Assembly: GCA_965197905.1 (NCBI GenBank)
Contig: CBDAOB010000004.1
Span: forward strand, 1,792,001-1,856,000
Reading direction: 5' to 3'
Length of the DNA stretch: 64,000 bases
DNA from: Candidatus Latescibacterota bacterium
GTDB taxonomy: Bacteria; Latescibacterota; UBA2968; UBA8231
Notes under the pieces: generated by a model
Seen by the model: the letters and a program-made list of their open reading frames with translations, nothing else
Databases searched by the model: none
What the model was told of the DNA's origin: nothing
Made by a program: the position numbers and the translations under genes
Shown: piece after piece, positions 28,612-37,800 of the stretch
How positions within the stretch are numbered: position 1 is the stretch's first letter
How the letters are laid out: each line of letters opens with the position of its first letter

Positions 28612-30381
28612 TTATTCGCGTACTACAGCCAGGGTGCGCTGATAGGTGCGGCCATTGGCTTCTAGGACGTAATAATAGACACCGCTGGCGACGGCTTCTC
28701 CATCCTGATTGGTTCCGTCCCAGGTGGCCGCAAAAGAACGTGCCGAGCGCTGGCCCTGTTCCAGCACACGAACCAGTTCCCCCGTTGCTGAAAAGATCGA
28801 TATCCTGGCGTCGTCGCTGGCTTCGTCCAGTGCGTACGGGATTAAGGTTGTTTCGAGTCCGTGAATTCGGAACGGGTTTGGTCGATTTTGTTCCAAACGA
28901 AATACCTGCGAGTCGGTGCCACCCCCCAGAAGGTTGGGATCGTACTCGGCGGCCACATTGTATTCGAAACCGGCGCCGGACTGCTCAAGGCTGCTGAGAA
29001 CGACAACGATCTCGTCAAACTGGTCCCAATCCTGGATCTCGACTCTGTTCGCATCGGCGTCACGAATCTCGACGGCGTCCCGCGAAATCAACAGCAGTTG
29101 TCGTTTCCAGTTTCCCTCTTCCGTATTTAGTTCGAGAGCCACACCCCCGCTTTGCAGCTGCGGGTCCAGCTTCAAGTAAGCACTTCCCGTGTGATCCACC
29201 TGGCCACTGTCGGCCACGGCGACTTTGGACGCGGTTCGCAGGGTTTGCGTCCGCACTTCGCCATACTTTTCGCCTTCGGAGTAGAACATGCCGGAACGGT
29301 GGTTGACCCCGGTGAAGTAATTCCACACGGCGTATTCCCCTATGGCCGCCGCCAACCCGCCGGGAATCCACTGGCGAATGGCGCGCTCGAAATTTACCAG
29401 GCGAGCGTGATTGCTGACGGCCATCTCGTCCCACACCAACCGAATCAAATCGCGACCAAAACGCTGATCGAGAAAATGTGCGAAAAGGGCGCTTCCGTAG
29501 ATGCGCGTTTCCACGGTGAAGTTTCCACTTCCCAACGCGCGCTCGGGCCGGCGGAGCACACTGGGCACGTACTGCAAGTAGTCGTCCACTTCGGGGTAGG
29601 CCACCTCCTCCATCCAGGTTGCCGACGCCTCCTGCCACCACACTCCGTTTCTCCCGGCGTAGTAGGAGAACTGTACCCCGTGAAAGAATTCATGTGCCAG
29701 GGTGACGTGCAGGGCATCCAATCCGCGGGTCTGAACATATACGGGATCGGTAAAATTGTTGTCGATCTCGAAATAGACCGGCGTCGTATTCCCAGAGAGC
29801 TCGGGGAAGGCATAGCCGTACACTCCGGAGCCGCTCAAGTCAGTCAGATACACATCGTATTCGTTTCCGCCGCCGACGCTGCCGTCTACTAATGGAGCCC
29901 GATACCCAAGGTCCACCACCTCAAGTTGCCAGGAGCGTTCCAATGTGGCTGCCGTCTCATCTATATAGTCCGGTATCGCGTTGTCATCCTCGTCACTGGG
30001 ATCTACGCCGTGGCGACCCTCCACGTCGTAGTGCAGGCGAAAACGACCGGAGGCGGTCACCAGACTGTTCGCTCTCGACGGGCGCTGCAAAGTGCGGGCG
30101 AGTTTCGCCCGAAACGAGACACTCAGCTCCGGCGCCGCCTGTTGAGCAGCGACGAGGGCAGGGGTGCCACAACGCGGGTGCAGGTTCGTCGGGGACGGAC
30201 GAAACGCCTGCGGCAGGGAATCCGGGTCACGGACAGCGTAGACTTCGTACAGAAGGGCGGTCTCGTAATCCAAAACTCCGGATTCGAAGGCTTCGCTTAC
30301 CAGTGTGCCCGCATGGGCGGGGGCACCCAAACTTCCCAGGCAAAAGCTGCAAACAACAAGGGGTCGAAACACGTGCACCAA
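28612..30381 (-). CDS. Secreted zinc metalloprotease (MXAN_6640-like) with C-terminal FlgD/T9SS-CTD-like domain
   Basis: Signal peptide; RCGT prodomain-like motif; AHEFFHGVQ..Y, W.EASATWMEE; QNRPNPF...WDG.N..G..VASGVYYY. Confidence 0.85.
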   Translation of the reverse strand: MVHVFRPLVVCSFCLGSLGAPAHAGTLVSEAFESGVLDYETALLYEVYAVRDPDSLPQAFRPSPTNLHPRCGTPALVAAQQAAPELSVSFRAKLARTLQRPSRANSLVTASGRFRLHYDVEGRHGVDPSDEDDNAIPDYIDETAATLERSWQLEVVDLGYRAPLVDGSVGGGNEYDVYLTDLSGSGVYGYAFPELSGNTTPVYFEIDNNFTDPVYVQTRGLDALHVTLAHEFFHGVQFSYYAGRNGVWWQEASATWMEEVAYPEVDDYLQYVPSVLRRPERALGSGNFTVETRIYGSALFAHFLDQRFGRDLIRLVWDEMAVSNHARLVNFERAIRQWIPGGLAAAIGEYAVWNYFTGVNHRSGMFYSEGEKYGEVRTQTLRTASKVAVADSGQVDHTGSAYLKLDPQLQSGGVALELNTEEGNWKRQLLLISRDAVEIRDADANRVEIQDWDQFDEIVVVLSSLEQSGAGFEYNVAAEYDPNLLGGGTDSQVFRLEQNRPNPFRIHGLETTLIPYALDEASDDARISIFSATGELVRVLEQGQRSARSFAATWDGTNQDGEAVASGVYYYVLEANGRTYQRTLAVVRE

Positions 30382-30486
30382 TCTACTCCGATCGATAACC
30401 AGCCGAAAGATATCCGCTGCGAGCCCGGCGCCGTTGATGTATGTTAAAGGCTACACCGAGCGGCCACAGCGCCGCCTCGCGGACAA

Positions 30487-31314
30487 ATGCACAAACAGAC
30501 GATGACCAAAGCGCGATCGGTGTTTCTGATCGCCGCCTTCTGCAGCATAGGGTGGTTTTGTTCAAACTCTCCCAAAGCGGACGAACCTGAGAAGAGTCCG
30601 GTTCCCCCGCCTATGGAGAATCTGACGCCGGTGTACTCCTACCGCGTGGTGGATTCCTACACCCACGACCTGCGGGCGTTCACCCAGGGGCTGGCGATCG
30701 CAAACGGAGCACTCTACGAAAGTACAGGGCTGTATGGCGAGTCCACATTGCGCCGGGTCGATCTGGCAACGGGCGAGGTCCTGCAAATCCGTTCCCTTCC
30801 CGATTCCCTATTCGGGGAAGGGATCGCCGTTTGGGAAGAGCGGATTATTCAGGTTACCTGGCGCTCGCGCATGGGGTTGGTGTACGATCGTGACTCCTTC
30901 GAGTTGTTGCAGCAGTTCCGTTACGACACCGAGGGGTGGGGATTAACCCATGACGGCGACCGCCTGATACTCAGCGACGGTAGCTCCACACTCTATTTCT
31001 TGGACCCGAATTCGTTCGCCGAACTCGGGCGCTTGGCGGTACACGACAGCGACGGCCCCGTGACCCTACTGAACGAATTGGAGTATGTCGGCGGCGAGGT
31101 GTTCGCAAACATCCTGCAATCAGACCGCATCGCTCGCATCGACCCAAAAAGCGGCAAGGTGACCGGGTGGATCGACCTGGAGGGCCTCCTTGCCGAGGTT
31201 CGAGGGTCCAACGCCGTGGGGGTTTTGAATGGGATCGCCTATGACGAAGCCCGTAACAGACTCTATGTAACGGGGAAGAACTGGCCGCAGCTTTTCGAGA
31301 TCGAGCTGCGGTGA
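30487..31314 (+). CDS. Glutaminyl-peptide cyclotransferase (plant/bacterial beta-propeller type)
   Basis: HD..AFTQGL, ESTGLYG, FGEGI, EGWGLT, LNELE, VLNGIAYD, VTGKNWP. Confidence 0.93.
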   Translation: MHKQTMTKARSVFLIAAFCSIGWFCSNSPKADEPEKSPVPPPMENLTPVYSYRVVDSYTHDLRAFTQGLAIANGALYESTGLYGESTLRRVDLATGEVLQIRSLPDSLFGEGIAVWEERIIQVTWRSRMGLVYDRDSFELLQQFRYDTEGWGLTHDGDRLILSDGSSTLYFLDPNSFAELGRLAVHDSDGPVTLLNELEYVGGEVFANILQSDRIARIDPKSGKVTGWIDLEGLLAEVRGSNAVGVLNGIAYDEARNRLYVTGKNWPQLFEIELR

Positions 31315-31318
31315 TCGG

Positions 31319-32230
31319 TTAGAGCAAAGCCTCGGCGTCTTCCGCTTCCCTGAGGTTCAACAAGGGTCCGCGCACGCCACGCTCGATTTTCGCAAACGCG
31401 TCGTGATTGTGGATGCTTTCGTAGTTGTTGCTTGAGACGTAGAACCAGCGGATGCGGTCTGTTTCCAGCAAAGCGATGGTTTCAGCCGACACGTCGCGCA
31501 CGATATCCTCGACAAATTTCGGATTGTCGAAGGCTTTCTCGGTCACGTGTTTTTCGTCGGGACGCTTCAGGATCGGATAGAGCTGGCACGAAGCACTGCG
31601 CTCGGCGATATCGATTAGGTCTTCGAACCAGATGAACGCCTCATCGTTGGGGCGCACGTCCACCTTGATTTCCGAGCGCTGATTGTGGGCGCCGTAGTCG
31701 CTGATCTCCTTGCTGCACGGACAGCAACTGGCGGCGTTTACGCGGACGCCGACCATCTTGTCGTACAAACCGTCTTTCGACATCATCGCGCGGAATATGC
31801 AGTCGTAGTCCAAAAGTCCACTTTCGCCGCTCACCGGAGCCGGTCGGCAGAGAAAGATCGGAAACTCCATGTCCAAATAGGCCTCTTCCGCGCCCAACAG
31901 TCGCAGCATCTCTTCCAGCACAATATGCACGTTGTCGGGCCGGAAGTGATGGTTCTGTTCATTGAGGGCTATCATGAACCGCGACATGTGCGTCCCCTTC
32001 TGGTCGTGAGGCAAACGCACCGTCATGGATACGTTGGCAACGGTGTTGAATTCTCCGCCGCCACGAAGGGGCAATGTTAGGGGGTAGCGAACGTTCGAGA
32101 CACCGACCTGGTCGATGTCGATGCCTCGTTGATCCGGGCTGTTCTGAATGTCCGGTAACACGTTAGTTTTCGTAGGATTAGGTATCGCCAAGCTCGACTG
32201 CAATGTATGTTTGGACCCCATGCAAGTCAA
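31319..32230 (-). CDS. folE2: GTP cyclohydrolase IB
   Basis: LPDIQ, KGTHMSRF, CPCSKEIS..GAHNQRS, LKRPDEK, NPKFVED, ESIHNHDA. True start probably near 32191. Confidence 0.93.
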   Translation of the reverse strand: MTCMGSKHTLQSSLAIPNPTKTNVLPDIQNSPDQRGIDIDQVGVSNVRYPLTLPLRGGGEFNTVANVSMTVRLPHDQKGTHMSRFMIALNEQNHHFRPDNVHIVLEEMLRLLGAEEAYLDMEFPIFLCRPAPVSGESGLLDYDCIFRAMMSKDGLYDKMVGVRVNAASCCPCSKEISDYGAHNQRSEIKVDVRPNDEAFIWFEDLIDIAERSASCQLYPILKRPDEKHVTEKAFDNPKFVEDIVRDVSAETIALLETDRIRWFYVSSNNYESIHNHDAFAKIERGVRGPLLNLREAEDAEALL

Positions 32231-32272
32231 TGGAATGGCGGCGACCGAGAGCCACGACCGGAGGAGGTGGAT

Positions 32273-32875
32273 GTGGTAACGCTTTCAAAGATTTACACGA
32301 AGTCAGGAGATGGCGGAACGACTCGATTGGGCAATGGTGAGGAGGTTTCGAAAACCCATCCCCGGGTAGAGGCCTACGGCGCCGTGGATGAGTTGAACGC
32401 CGTGTTGGGTCTGGTGTTGACACAACCGTTGCCCGCGGAGCAAAAAGAAGTGCTACAACTCACCCAAAACGACCTCTTCGACCTCGGTGCCGACCTCTGT
32501 CATCCGCAGAAGCAGGCTCGCGAGGAGGCGTCCGCGTTGCGCCTAGGCCACGATCAAGTTCAAAGGCTCGAATCCACCATCGACCACCTGAACGAGTCCC
32601 TTCAGCCCTTGCGCAGCTTCGTTTTGCCCGGCGGCACCGTGGCGGCGACCTGGTTGCACCTTGCTCGCACGGTGTGCCGCCGGGCCGAGCGCAGAGTCTG
32701 GGGTCTCGCCGAGGATGAAAGCGTCAACGAAGAGGTCCCGCGCTACCTGAATCGACTCTCTGACCTGCTCTTCGTAATGGCTAGGCATCATAACCACGCG
32801 GCGTCCGGTGACGTGCTGTGGGAGCCGGCAAAGGGCCGAATCGAGGGCACCAATGAGACCTCCCAAACCGGATGA
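32273..32875 (+). CDS. PduO-type ATP:cob(I)alamin adenosyltransferase
   Basis: KIYTKSGDGGTT, EAYGAVDELN, FVLPGG, ARTVCRRAER, YLNRLSD; GGAGG RBS before the GTG. Confidence 0.93.
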   Translation: MVTLSKIYTKSGDGGTTRLGNGEEVSKTHPRVEAYGAVDELNAVLGLVLTQPLPAEQKEVLQLTQNDLFDLGADLCHPQKQAREEASALRLGHDQVQRLESTIDHLNESLQPLRSFVLPGGTVAATWLHLARTVCRRAERRVWGLAEDESVNEEVPRYLNRLSDLLFVMARHHNHAASGDVLWEPAKGRIEGTNETSQTG

Positions 32876-32966
32876 GGAGCCGCTGCCAACTTGTGGTTTG
32901 CACTAGGCTTCCTTACTATATTTTCCTTAAACCGGCAGGCACTTTTTCTACGGTATGAACTGAGTC

Positions 32967-34208
32967 ATGGCGCGGGTCTTGGTAGTTGAGCGTAGCCCAA
33001 AGATCGGGAAGCTCGTAGCCGATCAGTTGCAGCAAAACGGCTTCGACGCCACGGATGTGCGCCATGGGGCGGAAGCCGCCCTCGAGCTTCGTCGGCAGGA
33101 GTGCGACCTCATCCTATTGGACAACCAGGTGCCGATGGGTGGGGTAAAAACCGCCCGCATTCTGCGCCTGCACCCAAAATTCAACACGATACCGATCATT
33201 CTGGGCTTACCCACCAACAAGGACGAAGCCCGCAAGGTAATTACCGACAGCAACGAAGTCGGGGTGAGCAATTTCCTGCTCAAGCCGTTCACCATGGCGG
33301 CCCTGAAAAAGAAGCTGGACGATGTGCTCGGCGACGAAACTCCGGCGGAGAAACCCACCTTCATGGAGATTCGTGACGAGCTGCGGAACCTCAGCAATCT
33401 GCCGGCGATGCCGGAAGCCCACAGCAAGCTGCTGGCCCTGCTCAGCAAGGCCGACGACGAAGTGGATATGAACGCCGTCGCCAAGACCCTAGAGATGGAT
33501 GCAGCGATGTCGGCCAAGGTCATGCGCACCTGCCGCTCGGCGTTCTTCGGATTTCAAGGCAGCATGATGAAACAAGCGGTGGCTTTTCTGGGGGTTGCGG
33601 TGATTCGTCAAATCGTGCAGTCGGCGGTTATCGTCAGCATGTTCGATGACGAGAAAGAGGGAGATTCCAGCCTGAGCATGCAAGACCTGTGGCGTCATTC
33701 CATGGCAACCGGTTTGGCTATGGAAGTGATCGGAAAAGCGGACAAGAAAAAAACCCACTTCCTTCTGGGTGTTCTGCACGATGTGGGAAAGGCGGTGTTC
33801 AAGTTTCGCTTCTCCGAGCATTTTGCCTCGGTTCTCGATCTCGTGGCGAAGGAAGAGATCTCTATGTACAAGGCGGAGCAGGAGCTCCTGGGCATCACCC
33901 ACGCCGAGTGCGGGGGGGAGTTGGCGGTGCACTGGGATCTTCCGGGTGAGGTGCGTACCGCTATAGCCGCACACCATACCCCCGCGGAGACAACGCAACA
34001 CAAGCGATTGGCCGCCATGGTCCATATCGCCGATATCGCCGTCCGCACCATGAAAATTGGCTACGCCGGCGATGATCTGATTCCGCCGATGGATCCATAT
34101 GCGGCCAGGCTGCAGAAGAGCGTCGAGGAGATCACCGCCCAGCGCGATCAGATCGTCGGTCAGATCGACGCCATGGTGGGCGGGTCAGACGGGGAGGCAG
34201 AGAATTAG
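32967..34208 (+). CDS. Response regulator receiver fused to an HDOD domain
   Basis: DLILLD, LKPF receiver motifs; LPAMP, LWRHS, GVLHDVGK, GITHAECG..LA.HW.LP. Confidence 0.88.
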   Translation: MARVLVVERSPKIGKLVADQLQQNGFDATDVRHGAEAALELRRQECDLILLDNQVPMGGVKTARILRLHPKFNTIPIILGLPTNKDEARKVITDSNEVGVSNFLLKPFTMAALKKKLDDVLGDETPAEKPTFMEIRDELRNLSNLPAMPEAHSKLLALLSKADDEVDMNAVAKTLEMDAAMSAKVMRTCRSAFFGFQGSMMKQAVAFLGVAVIRQIVQSAVIVSMFDDEKEGDSSLSMQDLWRHSMATGLAMEVIGKADKKKTHFLLGVLHDVGKAVFKFRFSEHFASVLDLVAKEEISMYKAEQELLGITHAECGGELAVHWDLPGEVRTAIAAHHTPAETTQHKRLAAMVHIADIAVRTMKIGYAGDDLIPPMDPYAARLQKSVEEITAQRDQIVGQIDAMVGGSDGEAEN

Positions 34209-34230
34209 CCAGGCTTCTCCAAGCCTCACA

Positions 34231-34848
34231 GTCGATCTGCGAACCGGCTTACCGCACCACTGTGTAGGCCTTTTTTTGTGCCTCCTGTTACACACCGGGG
34301 TAGGGGCGCAGTACGAAGCCGAAGTCACAGCAGAGCGCCAGTCGAATTTCTACCTCTCCGCTGGCCTAGGCCTGCTCACCGTAGGCACTAAGGCAGGCAT
34401 TGCCATTCCGGCCGGATTCATGGCGGTGCTTTCCCCTTACCGGTTGCTGGTTTCCGCCAGCGCGATCGATATCGGGCTTCTGGAAGGAGACTCCAAGGAT
34501 CCGCGGTACGAGCGTTTATTCGTGCCGGGGGGCTCCCAAGCCTGCCTGGATCGAGAGACCGGTTTTCTTGTTTCGGATTTTCGTTGTTCTGGAGGGACCG
34601 TCCTCCGAGGCTCGACCGGTGCCGATCTCAGCGTCATACCCATAGAGAATCTTTGGCTCGGAAACCAACCGGGCAACCTGTTCACCGGTGTCGGCTTTCG
34701 TGCCTTCAACCCGAAGACGGCCTACGTCACCTTCGGCCTGGTGTTCAATTCGCAGACGGAAAAAGCAGGCGGATTCAAGGTCAATATCGGCAGCGACTAC
34801 GTGTTTGTCGGTATCCTCGGAGGGTTCAACCTACGCCGATGGTTCTGA
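34231..34848 (+). CDS. Hypothetical exported/outer-membrane protein (start not resolved)
   Basis: Signal-like LFLCLLLHTGVGA; beta-strand-rich body; terminal aromatic residue (RRWF). Confidence 0.55.
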   Translation, partial: VDLRTGLPHHCVGLFLCLLLHTGVGAQYEAEVTAERQSNFYLSAGLGLLTVGTKAGIAIPAGFMAVLSPYRLLVSASAIDIGLLEGDSKDPRYERLFVPGGSQACLDRETGFLVSDFRCSGGTVLRGSTGADLSVIPIENLWLGNQPGNLFTGVGFRAFNPKTAYVTFGLVFNSQTEKAGGFKVNIGSDYVFVGILGGFNLRRWF

Positions 34849-34867
34849 ACGTGCCCTCGCCGTTGTG

Positions 34868-37800
34868 ATGGCGGGTCGCATCGCCTGCCGCCGGTACCGC
34901 TGCGCACGCAACATCGCCTTCGCCGCCTTGAGCCTGCTGTTCGCCGCAGACGGAAACAGCCAGACGCTTCCGCCGGAGACCCACCCCAGCCTGTTGTTTA
35001 CCGCCGCTGAGCTACCTCTACTAAAGAGCCGCATCGCGCGCGCTCCGTACTCGAGTTGGTGGCAAACGACGCTGCAACGCGCGCAAACCGTTCCCGATAC
35101 CGTAACCGTAGAGCGATCGAAGGCCCGTTACGCCAAGAGCCTGGCGTTTGCCTATCTCATGACCGACGACGAGAGCTTCGCACGGTTACGATATGTTGCA
35201 CGAGTTCGTGAGCGCGGATGCTGCCTCACTGGCCGCGGTGCGCGGTCTCCTCGCCGAGGAAGCGGCGCGGTTGATGAAGGGTATTGTCGTGCAGGAGATC
35301 AACCTCGGTTTCGTGACCATCAAGCTGCGTCTGCACGAGACGCCCCACATCGACAACTGGCATCTGCGGGCGTACGGTGGGCTGGGGTTTGCCGCCCTGG
35401 CACTGGCGGATCATCCCGGCGTCGACGACAAAACCCCCCAAGATTGGTCTGACCGGGCAGTGGATCTGTCCAGCCGCACCCTGGAGTATCAGATAGACCC
35501 CGTGGACGGCGGCTACGCCGAGGGTCCGTTCTACAGCCGCTACGCCGCCGATGTTTACCTGCCATACTTGATCGCCATGAAACGTCTCACCGGACTTGAT
35601 CTCATCGACGCGCCGATCGTGCGCAAGATGCACGACTGGTCGGTAAACATCCGCTTGCCCAATGGACGCCGACCAAACATCGACGACGGCCACCTGGACG
35701 AATTCTACGGTCATTACCTGGCCGCTGTCGACGACGACGGTCCGGTGCATCTTTGGGACTGGCAAAACAACGAGACCGGGCTGTACGTGCGGGAGTTTTC
35801 AGAGCTGGATGCTATTGCGCTCTACGACGACCGCATCGAACCCCAGGAGCCCACGCAAGGACCGACGATCTTCATGCCGGAGGCCGGAGATGCGGTCTTC
35901 CGCAACGACTGGTCGGCCGACGGGATCGTGCGCCACGAGGCGCCAGAGAACCGGGTGGGATGCAAGGACCCACCAACGGGCTGTCGCAGCAGCCCGTTGA
36001 AGCTGGAGGCAGCCTGACCCTGGGAGCGCAGGGGAAGGTGGAAGCAGCCTCGACAACGACAGAGTGGAGTGGCACCTCCAGACACTCCACGTCTGGCAAG
36101 CAAGACGGAATGGTGTAACCCGAAGTGAACCAGTGATGGAACCCCCTTTAGCGGCCCGCCAACCCAAACCTGGTGGATAAGGGTTGGTACGCAACGCACG
36201 TGGTCGGATATATGACCGACTGCGACTCTGGGGAGGTGTGATACCCACCGAAGCAGAGGCCTTGGAGAATGCCTGCGGCGTACCCAAGGCGAAGTTGCAG
36301 GGGAAAAGCTGGGCACCTCCCCCGTCAAACGGTTCATGGTGAACGTGGGAACCGAGCCGAGTCCGACCGTTATCGGGGCAGCGCGCTGTCCGCTGTGGGG
36401 CTTGGCAAGGGACGGAGCCTCTGTAGTAGTCCGCGAGCGGGAAAGCCGCTTACATGGCGAAGGGAGGCAGCAAGTTGCGCAGTGGGGTACTGGAAAAACA
36501 GGAGGACGCCGGTGAATGCCAGCGCTTCGTGGCCCGAGGCAGAACAAGCCCGTAATCGAGTACTGGAAATCCAGACCAAACTGCACCGTTGGGCTGTAGA
36601 GGATCGAAGCAAGTGCTTCGACGACCTGTTCAACCTGGTGTGTGACCCGGCGTTTTTGAGTGTAGCCTGGCGTCGGGTGCGCAGCAACAAGGGTGCTCGT
36701 TCGGCCGGAGTGGACGGACAAACGGCCTACTCTGTGGAGACGGAACGCGGCGAGGAGGCCTTTCTCGCCGAGGTGCGGGTTGATCTGAAGACCCGCAGTT
36801 TCCGGCCTCTGCCCGTACGCGAGCGGTTGATTCCGAAACCTGGCACAACGAAGAAGCGCCGGCTCGGCATCCCAACCGCTCGGGACCGAGTGGTCCAAGC
36901 CGCACTCAAGCTGGTGCTCGAACCGATCTTCGAAGCGGACTTCAAGCCGTGCTCCTACGGCTTCCGCCCGAATCGGCGGGCTCAGGACGCCATCGCCGAG
37001 ATTCATCAATTCTGCTCCCGCTCTTATGAGTGGGTGGTGGAGGGCGATATCCGTGCTTGTTTCGATGAGATTGATCACGCAGCCCTCTTGGACCGCGTGC
37101 GTCGACGTATCGGTGATAAGCATGTTCTGAGGCTTGTAAAAGCGTTCTGCAAGGCCGGTGTCCTCACGGAACAATCGGTGTTGCAAGAAAGCACTTCGGG
37201 CACTCCGCAAGGCGGTATTCTCTCACCGCTGGTGGCAAATATCGCCTTATCCGTCCTCGACGATTATTTCACTGAGGTCTGGAGAAAGGTGGGCGCTACC
37301 TCCAGTGCGCGACAAGCGCATCGGCGAAAGGGGCTACCGACTTGTCGGCTTGTCCGTTACGCTGACGATTTCGTGCTGCTGGTGGCGGGCACCGAAGCTG
37401 CAGCGTATGACCTGCGCGACCAAGCGGGGGTGACTCTCACCCCCATGGGTCTGCACCTGTCGGAGACGAAGACCGCCATCACGCACATCAGCCGTGGCTT
37501 CGATTTCCTGGGTTTTCGCATTCAGAAGCGACGGAAACCGGGCCCGGTTGGCGCACGCATCTATACGTGGCCAAGAAAGGAATCTCTGGCCCGGTTGAAG
37601 AGCACGGTGCGCGCAGTCACGAGAACGGGTCGGCAGAGGCCGTTGAAGAGCCTTCTGCGCCAACTCAATCCGGTGTTGCGGGGGTGGGCCAACTACTTTC
37701 AGTACGGGGTGTCGAAGGCCACTTTCAACTACGTGCGGGGCTTCACTTGGCGCCGCGTAGTGCATTGGCTGCGCCGCAAGCACCCGCGCTTTAATTGGAG

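Noticed and set aside
35822..37210. Long antisense ORFs (462 aa here; also 37334-38656, 16012-16980, 51676-52683)
   Set aside because: They are shadows of well-supported genes in GC-rich DNA and have no recognisable motifs.
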